NCBI GenBank assembly: GCA_046538485.1
Contig: JBKHIT010000003.1
Span: 64,001-128,000 of the forward strand
Length of the DNA: 64,000 bases
From: Candidatus Brocadiia bacterium
GTDB lineage: Bacteria; Planctomycetota; Brocadiia; SM23-32
Direction: 5' to 3'
Shown here piece after piece: positions 1 to 7,875 of the stretch (the stretch's first letter is position 1; each line of letters opens with the position of its first letter). A program made the position numbers and the translations under genes. The notes beneath the pieces are model-generated. The model did not search any database. It had not been told where the DNA came from and saw only the letters and a list, made by a program, of their open reading frames with translations.

Positions 1-829
1 GGATTGGTTGCATGAGCATATTCCCGGCCGCTGTAACCCCTCCGCTGAAAACAATGACCTCCGGATTCAGGATGTGCAAAATATTAGCCACGGCAGTCCC
101 CAGGTAATACCCTGTCGTTTCCATATTTTCAAGAGCTGGTTCGTCACCTTCAACGGCGGCTTCGTAAATATCCCTGGCGGTGAGTTCGTCACGTTTTTCC
201 CGTAAGATTGTTTCCCCTCCGTCGTCGATCGTCTCCTGCATCCTGCGAACCATGTTCGTTGCGCTGGCGAGAGCCTCGACGCACCCCCGGTTTCCGCAAC
301 CGCAGATCGGTCCCTCTGGTTCAAGGGTCATATGACCAATTTCGCCGGCGCAATCTCTGAACCCGTGCCAGACCTTGCCGTTAAGCACGATCCCGCCTCC
401 GATGCCGGTGCCGAGAGTAAATTGCACGAGGGAAGATGCGTTTTTGCCGGCGCCCACCCATTGTTCGCCCAGGGCAGCGGCATTGGCATCGTTTTCAAGA
501 AAGCAAGGAAGCCCGCTTCGGTCCTCGATCATCTGTTGCAGAGGAACATTGTCCCAACCTTCGAGGTTGGGGGCGAAAATAACAATCCCTCTTTTAAGGT
601 CAAGAGGCCCCGGGCTGCCAATGCCTGCCCCGACAATATCAGAACTTTGCTCGCTGAGTTTCTCGCGACATTGCTCGATGGTCTCGTTAATTCGGTCAGC
701 TACTCCTTCTGGCCCCCTGTCCGCTTGGGTGGTCATCCGGCAACGTACAAGGACTTTCCCTTCTGAATTAACCACACCAGTTTTTATATTGGTTCCGCCT
801 AAGTCTACGCCAACGACCAGCTTGTTCAT
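1..829 (-). CDS. ROK family sugar kinase (glucokinase-like), 3' end runs off the window
   Basis: Not in the ORF track. Minus strand reads MNKLVVGVDLGGTNIK...GIGSPGP...LENDANAAALGE...TLGTGIGGG...GEIGHMT...CGCGNRGCVE; AGAGGA RBS upstream of ATG at 829. Confidence 0.93.
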   Translation of the reverse strand, partial: MNKLVVGVDLGGTNIKTGVVNSEGKVLVRCRMTTQADRGPEGVADRINETIEQCREKLSEQSSDIVGAGIGSPGPLDLKRGIVIFAPNLEGWDNVPLQQMIEDRSGLPCFLENDANAAALGEQWVGAGKNASSLVQFTLGTGIGGGIVLNGKVWHGFRDCAGEIGHMTLEPEGPICGCGNRGCVEALASATNMVRRMQETIDDGGETILREKRDELTARDIYEAAVEGDEPALENMETTGYYLGTAVANILHILNPEVIVFSGGVTAAGNMLMQPI

Positions 830-1000
830 CGATTGTTTCCTCTAAAGATATGTTGGACAATGTACGATGAGGTTATTTTATGTGGGCTTTGTGCTCATAT
901 TCAAGTTGGAGCAAGCAAGCTTTTACAGCAAAATAACCCCGTTATTTGCTTGCGAGTGGAGCTTCGGTCGTTTAGGTTTTAATTGAAGAGATAACGACCG

Positions 1001-1864
1001 ATGAAATGCTTTTGGGATAGCCCATTTATGGAATCCAGCAATGTCTGCATTACAAATGCTGGCCTATCAAATAAAGATTTTGCAGCAGCACTTCAGAAAT
1101 ACGATCTCGATTACAAAGAATGTTCCGCCGGCGAGGTTGTTTCTGCTGCGCGACATGGCGACATTGGTGCTCTGGTCATTGGTCAGCTTACTGATGCAGA
1201 GAACAGACTCTGGCTCTGTCGTCGTCTGAAACTTGATGATGAATTTAACCACATTCCCGTGCTGGCTATTACCTCGGGGGGCCCGCCCCGGCCACCGACA
1301 GATCACGTGCGTATCGAGCCGGATGAATATGTGCCGAACATGGCTACCGAAGAGGCAGTGGCTCTTTCGGCCTATCAAGCTTTGCTTCAGGGAGAGTCGA
1401 GACGGAACCGGGGAACAAAATTCTATACTCGAGCGGTGAGCGGAAGCGACCTCAGATTATTGCCTGAAGTCGGTGTTATTATGGAAACGATGTTGGCTTT
1501 AACCTCTCTACCTGACGAAGAGAGCCGACGCCTCCGTTACGCAGTGCTCGAAATGGGCTCCAATGCCATTGAGTGGGGAAATCAGGGTGAATTGAGGCGT
1601 GGAGTGTATTTTAAGTTTTTGGTTACAAACGACCGGATTGAAGTCAAAATCAGGGATAGCGGTGGGGGGTTCGATGCTGAAGAGATGGTGGGCGAAAACA
1701 TGCCCGAACCCGAAGAACAAATGCGTATTCGGCAAGACGCCGGTATGCGTTTAGGGGGGTACGGCGTGCGCGTCTGCCAGGAATTCGTTGACGATGTAAC
1801 TTACAACGAGCGCGGTAATGAAGTGACCCTGGTGAAAGAATTGCCGGGAGCCGCCCCCGAATGA
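1001..1864 (+). CDS. Degenerate receiver-like domain + RsbW/SpoIIAB-type HATPase (anti-sigma-factor kinase-like)
   Basis: EMGSNAIEWGN, DSGGGFD, GGYGV and YNERGNEVTLVK motifs; start may be 1028. Confidence 0.8.
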   Translation: MKCFWDSPFMESSNVCITNAGLSNKDFAAALQKYDLDYKECSAGEVVSAARHGDIGALVIGQLTDAENRLWLCRRLKLDDEFNHIPVLAITSGGPPRPPTDHVRIEPDEYVPNMATEEAVALSAYQALLQGESRRNRGTKFYTRAVSGSDLRLLPEVGVIMETMLALTSLPDEESRRLRYAVLEMGSNAIEWGNQGELRRGVYFKFLVTNDRIEVKIRDSGGGFDAEEMVGENMPEPEEQMRIRQDAGMRLGGYGVRVCQEFVDDVTYNERGNEVTLVKELPGAAPE

Positions 1865-2793
1865 TCATTACTGTCACGCTGAATCCCGCCCTGGATAAAA
1901 CTCTCGAAGTTCCTGCATTCAAGGTAGGACAACATGCCCGTGCCACTCGAACCGGGTTGCTCCCGGCAGGAAAAGGGATCAATGTTGCCAGAGGTGTCCA
2001 GCGGCTTGGCGTTTCTTGTGTGGCAACGGGTCTGGTGGGGAAAAATGAAATGCCTCTGTTTACAGAACAACTCTCCCGAGATAAAGTCCGCGCGAATTTG
2101 TGCACTGTCGATGGTTTGACCCGCACGAATACCACAATTCTCGATCCAGAGGAAAGAACGACGACACACCTGCGAGAACAGGGCTTTCAAGTTGTTCCGG
2201 AGGACCTTCAAAAATTGAAAACCGTTCTTTCCGAAGAATTGAATCGACCGAAAGGCAGCGTTTGGATCTCTTTTTGCGGCTCGCTGCCGCCGGGTATCAG
2301 TCTTGATGAATTCGTAGAACTTATTCGCATTTGTGCGACCGATGCTTCAGTTATTGTGGATACCAGCGGCCCAGCTTTGCGGGCGTCCATTGATTCCGGC
2401 GTTGTCAACACTGTTAAACCCAACATCGCTGAATTGGGAGAGTATTTTGAGCTTGAACTTCAGCTCGAAGACGCGGTGGCAAAATGCCGGGAATTACTGT
2501 CATTAGTTCCGACCGTCTTGCTTACCGCCGGAGCGGAAGGTGCATATCTTGTGCGCGAAAGAGAGACTCTGGGGGTATCGTGCAACTTACCCGCAGACGA
2601 TGTGAAAAACACAGTCGGTACGGGCGATGCGTTTCTTGCCGGATGGTTTTCCGCGCTGGAAAGCGGATCAGAGGGGCGAGCAGCGCTTTTCCGGGCTGTG
2701 GCCGCCGGAGCCGCCGCCGCGCGTAGTGAGACAACCGTGGGATACCATTTGGCGGACATCGAAGAACTGCTGCCGGAATGCCGAGAACTATGA
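1861..2793 (+). CDS. 1-phosphofructokinase-family hexose kinase (PfkB family)
   Basis: MIITVTLNPALD, GKGINVAR, VDTSG, VKPN, NTVGTGDAFLAG; ATGA overlap with the upstream gene. Confidence 0.93.
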   Translation: MIITVTLNPALDKTLEVPAFKVGQHARATRTGLLPAGKGINVARGVQRLGVSCVATGLVGKNEMPLFTEQLSRDKVRANLCTVDGLTRTNTTILDPEERTTTHLREQGFQVVPEDLQKLKTVLSEELNRPKGSVWISFCGSLPPGISLDEFVELIRICATDASVIVDTSGPALRASIDSGVVNTVKPNIAELGEYFELELQLEDAVAKCRELLSLVPTVLLTAGAEGAYLVRERETLGVSCNLPADDVKNTVGTGDAFLAGWFSALESGSEGRAALFRAVAAGAAAARSETTVGYHLADIEELLPECREL

Positions 2794-2811
2794 CAACGGG
2801 TCGGTTCAGCT

Positions 2812-3918
2812 TCATTTAACGAGCATACCCGGCCGGGGGAGCATCTGCCCCTCCACTTCGACCTCCACCAAAGGCCAGTCGTCTGAAGGTTCCGTCAAAA
2901 GCTCGATACCGTGTTCCTCTATCAGAATGGTGTCCTCGCTTTTCGTTCCACGGATGGAGGGGTTCCATGCGAACGCCTGGGGTTTTTTAACGGCGTAGGG
3001 GGTGGTAGGGTTGACAATATATTCTCGTGGGAGGTATCCGATGGCACCGCCTTGATGGTGAAGTTCCCATTCATCTTCAAAACCGACCATTTTATATGCT
3101 TTCTGTCCGGCTGCAAAAACTTCAGAGGCAGGCCGACCGGGCCGGGTGTTCAGGATGAATTCAGCATCAACGCGACAGACCGCTTTATGCCGGGCGGCAA
3201 GATCTTCGGAGAGTTCCCCGAAATGAACGAACCGCGTCATCGCTGTCACCAGACCCTGTCTTCGTCCACACGCCACAAGCATAGCATACTGTTCGACTGG
3301 CATGTTTTTCGGTCGGGGGTGTCGCCACTGCCGTACGCGTTCATCGGCCGCGACCAGCAAAACCACAGGGGTCAACCCCTGGCGCGTGTATTCCAGCGCA
3401 AGAAGTGACGCAACTTCGGACTCGGCCATCCCGCGTTCTACGTGGCGGGCAGCGTTTTCCATCGCTTCGCTGGCGTCATGTCCCTGTTTTCGATACCGTT
3501 CGATTTCAGGTTCCAGCAACTGAAAACGCAATTGCTGGAAACCCGCAGGAGGAGACGGCAGATCGCAGGAACCATCATCAGCTACGCAACGTTCGCCGCT
3601 CAGAAGGCCGTCGACGATGTGATCCCTCTGGTCGGGTTCATGCCACGGGAAAATGGCCGTGTCCAATTCTATCCCGGCCAATTCTTCGGTCAGAAGCCGT
3701 TCTGTTTCAATATTATTCGCCACCAGGGTGACATTCTCGGGCGTTACGACGAAAGTCCCCACGCCGGTTTCCTGGGCGGAATTGACGACGTTGTTCGCTC
3801 CACATCCGAGCCAGGCGAAAGAATCCGTGCGCCCCATCACAATCCCGTCGAGATTGTTCTCCGAAATGAAACGGCGTACTCTTTCGCATTTCAGACCGAA
3901 TTCTTCAGCAGAATCCAT
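2812..3918 (-). CDS. M24 family (Xaa-Pro) peptidase
   Basis: WRHP, HHQGGAIGY, FAWNPSIRGTKSEDT; GGAGG RBS before ATG 3918. Confidence 0.85.
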   Translation of the reverse strand: MDSAEEFGLKCERVRRFISENNLDGIVMGRTDSFAWLGCGANNVVNSAQETGVGTFVVTPENVTLVANNIETERLLTEELAGIELDTAIFPWHEPDQRDHIVDGLLSGERCVADDGSCDLPSPPAGFQQLRFQLLEPEIERYRKQGHDASEAMENAARHVERGMAESEVASLLALEYTRQGLTPVVLLVAADERVRQWRHPRPKNMPVEQYAMLVACGRRQGLVTAMTRFVHFGELSEDLAARHKAVCRVDAEFILNTRPGRPASEVFAAGQKAYKMVGFEDEWELHHQGGAIGYLPREYIVNPTTPYAVKKPQAFAWNPSIRGTKSEDTILIEEHGIELLTEPSDDWPLVEVEVEGQMLPRPGMLVK

Positions 3919-4062
3919 CGTTTCCTCCCGACTGCATTCAGGTAGATTCAGGTAACACATTAACTATAACGGATATCCGTCTGCGTTTCTGCCGGAAGCA
4001 GGTATACCGGTGGTTTCTCATCTTCGCCGGATTGGAATGAACCACCAGAACGGAACCGGAGT

Positions 4063-5031
4063 CTATGACTGGCTGTTATAGTCAGCAATCCTGAGGAGCC
4101 ACGTCAGGTTTTTCAGGGCTTCGGCACCGTCGATAACTGCCGTTCCGGTCAAAAACTCACGGATCAGAAGCCGGAGGGGATCGGGATATTGAAATATGCC
4201 CCAATCAGTTTCAATTTCCGCACAGTAAATACCGTTTTCATTTTTTCCCCCACCGATGTCATAAGTATGCCCGTTGAGTTCGAAGCGTCTTATATGGCTT
4301 GTTTCTTTCTCAGGAAGTGTGCGATTGGTTACGATTTCGCACTCAACCTGCGTCCCATTACTCGCGTCTACTGTGAAAGAGGCTTTGGCTCCATAGCCGG
4401 AAAAAGAAGTTTCAAGTGACCGAAAATTGATCGTGGCGCCGGGGACGGTTGCCTGAAGACCAGCGAGCATGTGTGGAGCCAGGTCCATCCAGCTTTCCAC
4501 AGGGTTTGGGGCGCGGTCCCTGACGGGCGATGCAAGCTGTCCGCGAAATTTTTTAACCTCCGCGTCGTCCGTATTTTGTCCCAACAGTTCCTGGCATTTC
4601 CTCGCCGACACATGATACTGCGAACACATACCGAGTCGGACGCCGGCAGTGTCCGCGGCCGAAACGAGACTTTTTGCCTTATCAAGTATTTCTTCGCTTT
4701 CCGATTTCTCGTCATATACAAACGGTTTTTCGCAAAGTGTATCTTTCAATTCACCAATTGCCGTCAGAACGTGCTCAAAATGGCAATCCGGCGGCGTACA
4801 CACATCGACAATATCCGGATGTTCGCGTTCCAGAAGTTCCGCCAGATCCGTGTAGCCCGGACCTTCGTATCCGAAAAGATCTGAGAGCACGTCTTGTGTG
4901 TCGGCAACCGATTCAGAGCTCGTTCCGACAAAACCGCAGACGCGCGCTCCTTCGAAATCCCACCATTTGGCGTGATGTTTGCCGATTCCACTCGCTCCAA
5001 CCACCGCTACACTCTTTTGTTCTTGATCCAT
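4063..5031 (-). CDS. Gfo/Idh/MocA family oxidoreductase
   Basis: VAVVGASGIG Rossmann motif, VDVCTPPDCH, LCEKPF, DLAPH; start trimmed to ATG 5031. Confidence 0.85.
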   Translation of the reverse strand: MDQEQKSVAVVGASGIGKHHAKWWDFEGARVCGFVGTSSESVADTQDVLSDLFGYEGPGYTDLAELLEREHPDIVDVCTPPDCHFEHVLTAIGELKDTLCEKPFVYDEKSESEEILDKAKSLVSAADTAGVRLGMCSQYHVSARKCQELLGQNTDDAEVKKFRGQLASPVRDRAPNPVESWMDLAPHMLAGLQATVPGATINFRSLETSFSGYGAKASFTVDASNGTQVECEIVTNRTLPEKETSHIRRFELNGHTYDIGGGKNENGIYCAEIETDWGIFQYPDPLRLLIREFLTGTAVIDGAEALKNLTWLLRIADYNSQS

Positions 5032-5160
5032 GCTGTTTCTTTTCGTTGATCTACAGAAGGTTGTTGTCCGTGTGAAAACAGTTCTGCCGACAATTATATC
5101 ATCAGTTTTGTATATTGGAAAGAAAGGCCGGAAAAGCGGTCTTTTCAGCCCATCGGTTTG

Positions 5161-5193
5161 GGCTCTGTCTGAAAATCCGGATCTGAACTCGAG
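5161..5193. repeat. Orphan left end of the MITE family at 7635-7796
   Basis: ggctctgtctgaaaatccggatctgaactcgag vs ggctctgtctgaaaatacggatctggattcgag at 7635. Confidence 0.8.
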
Positions 5194-5205
5194 TCTCAAT
5201 GGCCG

Positions 5206-5250
5206 TGAGCGGACTGGACTTCAGCCGAGGCTGGAGTTCAGAACGCGGAC
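5206..5250. repeat. REP-like palindromic module, inverted copy at 23252-23297
   Basis: tgagcggactggacttcagccgaggctggagttcagaacgcggac matches the reverse complement of gtccgcgttctgaactccggcctgcggctgaagtccagcccgctca. Confidence 0.85.
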
Positions 5251-5358
5251 CGGATCGATGCAACGACAAGCTCGCAGTCAAGATGCCTGCGCTACTGTAA
5301 CCACATTCCCTCGCTGTGCCCGGCTACGAGACCCTGGCGTCTTCTGTATCACAGACAT

Positions 5359-5535
5359 CGTATGCCTTCAGAGTGCGTTACACTCACCCATTCAGGTCCA
5401 AATGTCATTGCGAGGCGTTCCGCATAGCGGGACGCCGCGGCAATCTCGCTGTTGGGCCAACAAAACGACGAGATTGCTTCGCCCATCTTACGATGGGCTC
5501 GCGATGACTCATGAAGCGGTATCTCCGGGCTCAGC
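5359..5535. repeat. GTCATTGCGAG...CTCGC(A/G)ATGAC palindromic repeat with conserved flanks, copy 1
   Basis: Core gtcattgcgaggcg...gcaatctcgctg...gattgcttcgcccatcttacgatgggctcgcgatgac recurs at 22919-23130 and, partially and inverted, at 10915-11017. Confidence 0.88.
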
Positions 5536-5873
5536 ACGTAATCCTGCCTGTCAACGGTCTGGCTGCGAGGAGAGAAAGGTTCTTGTTGGCGGACCTTGCT
5601 TCCCCAGCACTTCTGCGGGATTTGCCCGTCTCAAGTCCAGTTTCGCCCGCCATTGGCGGGCTCAGCTGAACTCGAGTCTGCAGGATAGACGCGCGGCGCG
5701 ATGGGGAACAGGCAGCATGATTTTCGGGAAATGTCCGGCTACCAGCACCCGCACGGCCCACAGCGCAAATTCCTTTTTCACCTGAGAGCAGTGGACCTTT
5801 GAGGCCCTTTCATGTATGGTGCATCCGAAGTTCGGTTTGCTGATAAGCTTTGTGCAGATGGGGAATCTGAGAT

Positions 5874-7244
5874 ATGACTTGCGAACTTCCCAACATCCTG
5901 CTGATCACCACTCATGATCTGGGAACGTACCTGGGTTGTTACGGATGGGACCCGGTTTTGCGGACACCTAACCTTGATCGCGTGGCCCGGGAAGGCGTGC
6001 GATTCGAGAACCAGTTTTGCACCGCTCCTTACTGTAGTCCAAGCCGCGGGGGGATCATGACGGGCAAGTATCCCCACAAAAACGGGCTGATGGGCCTTGT
6101 TAATCTGGGTTGGGATATGCCTTTGGGTAATGAGCTGTTGCCCGGCTTGTTGGGGGAGGGCGGCTACGAAACGTTTTTGTTTGGGTTCCAGCACATTGCC
6201 AGCGATGCTTCCGGAATCGGATATGATTGCGTGAGTGAAAGAGGAAACTATGGATGCGACGCCGTCGCGCCACTGGCGGCCCAGTTTCTCAAAAAGAGAT
6301 CTGGCTCAGCGAAAAAACCCTTCTATGCAAAAGTTGGTTTTTCAGAAGTGCATCGACCATACCGCGTTTCGCGCGCACCCGAAGTCGATGAAGGAACGAT
6401 CCGGCCACTGCCGTTCCTGGAAGATACCCCGGGCTTGCGAAAAGATATGGCCATGTTCTACGGGGTGATTCAGAGAATGGACCGGGCCGTGGGGCATGTT
6501 CTAAAGGCACTCGAGTCCTCCGGCTTCGCTGAGAACACCCTCGTTATTTTTACCACCGACCATGGGTTTGCATTCCCCCGGGCCAAAGCAACCCTCTACG
6601 ATCCCGGTATCCGGACCGCATTGCTTATGCAATGGCCAGGGGGGATTGCGGAAGGGCAGGTCGCCGATGAACTGATCAGCAACGTTGATCTTCTCCCAAC
6701 TTTGCTTGAGATTACGGGAGTGCCCGTCCCACCGGAAGTCGACGGACGCTCTTTCTGGCCGCTGCTGCAGGGGGAGATGTACGAACCTCGCGAGGCAATG
6801 TTCGCGGAGAAAAACACCTCGCCGAACGACATCAAACGTTGTGTGCGCATGCCGCGATACAAATATATCCGCAACTACAACACCGGTCCGCGGCTCGAAT
6901 TGCCCACCGATATCGAGGTGACGGCTACGCGGGGTGATATGGGTGAAGAACATCTCAAACCCCGTCCGCAGGTGGAACTTTACGATTTTGAGACCGATCC
7001 GTGGGAGAAAAACAATCTCGCGGGCCAGGACGATTACGGCTCTATCGAGGAGCAAATGCGGAGAAGACTCCAAACTGTTCTCGAAGAAACAAACGATCCG
7101 ATTTTGACGGGTGATATTTCGCGCCCGGCCGGGGAGGCACAGCGTTTCGAAGAGGTCTGGAGTGAAGAAGCGATGCAAGGACGGCAGGAACGAGAGAACT
7201 CAATCATCCGGGAATACGAAGAGTTGAAGTCAGACCAGTCATAA
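5874..7244 (+). CDS. Sulfatase (formylglycine-dependent, sulfamidase-like), no signal peptide
   Basis: PNILLITTHD, CSPSRGGIMTG, TTDHG, KATLYD, ELYD..DPWE..NLA. Confidence 0.95.
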   Translation: MTCELPNILLITTHDLGTYLGCYGWDPVLRTPNLDRVAREGVRFENQFCTAPYCSPSRGGIMTGKYPHKNGLMGLVNLGWDMPLGNELLPGLLGEGGYETFLFGFQHIASDASGIGYDCVSERGNYGCDAVAPLAAQFLKKRSGSAKKPFYAKVGFSEVHRPYRVSRAPEVDEGTIRPLPFLEDTPGLRKDMAMFYGVIQRMDRAVGHVLKALESSGFAENTLVIFTTDHGFAFPRAKATLYDPGIRTALLMQWPGGIAEGQVADELISNVDLLPTLLEITGVPVPPEVDGRSFWPLLQGEMYEPREAMFAEKNTSPNDIKRCVRMPRYKYIRNYNTGPRLELPTDIEVTATRGDMGEEHLKPRPQVELYDFETDPWEKNNLAGQDDYGSIEEQMRRRLQTVLEETNDPILTGDISRPAGEAQRFEEVWSEEAMQGRQERENSIIREYEELKSDQS

Positions 7245-7264
7245 TAGCGTGGGAGAAGAATCGT

Positions 7265-7368
7265 ATGATCGGAGCAATCGCCGGAGACATCGTCGGTTCC
7301 GTTTATGAAGCCCGTCCGATTTGCGCGAAATTATGGATGAATTCCGCCTCCAATATTGCAAGGGGTAG
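7265..7368 (+). pseudogene. ADP-ribosylglycohydrolase remnant with internal deletion
   Basis: GGAG RBS + MIGAIAGDIVGSVYE, then out-of-frame DLREIMDEFRLQYCKG-stop. Confidence 0.7.
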
Positions 7369-7634
7369 TGGGGAGTGCTTATCAATCGTTCAAAAAGAGC
7401 CGCGGCGAGCTGGCAACCGCCGCAAACGCCTCAATCAGCTCCTGGTTTCTGGTCATTAACTGCGTGTCCGTTTTAATCGCAAGCGCTGCGAAGTAGCAGT
7501 CATACGCCGAGCAACCTGTGCTGTCGCCAGACGCAGGATCTCCGACGAAAAATCTCCTGTAGCGGTGTTTCTACCCCGGATATTTCAAGCGTCCTCAGCG
7601 CTGTAGCTGTGCCGTTGGTACCAACGGACCACTA

Positions 7635-7796
7635 GGCTCTGTCTGAAAATACGGATCTGGATTCGAGCGGCTGCATTTGCGGCTGGCTTTGTCCGCCTGT
7701 ATCGGCTTATCTCCACTGGATAGGCCTGCTTGGGCGTCCGCGCCATCCGCAAATTCGCTCGCTCTCGGTCCGACGACCGGATTCTCAGACAGAGCC
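7635..7796. mobile_element. MITE, 162 bp, 20-bp terminal inverted repeats, TA on both flanks
   Basis: ggctctgtctgaaaatacgg ... ccggattctcagacagagcc (2 mismatches); no transposase ORF. Confidence 0.85.
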
Positions 7797-7875
7797 TAAC
7801 TGGAGAGGGGAAAATAGCCGTTTCGCCGATGCTGTAACGCGGTTTAACGAATATTTACAGATATCGTTTCAGGGA

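Noticed and set aside
5030..5785. 251-aa ORF
   Set aside because: Runs through non-coding repeat modules; the same peptide appears in ORFs over the 22.9-kb repeat
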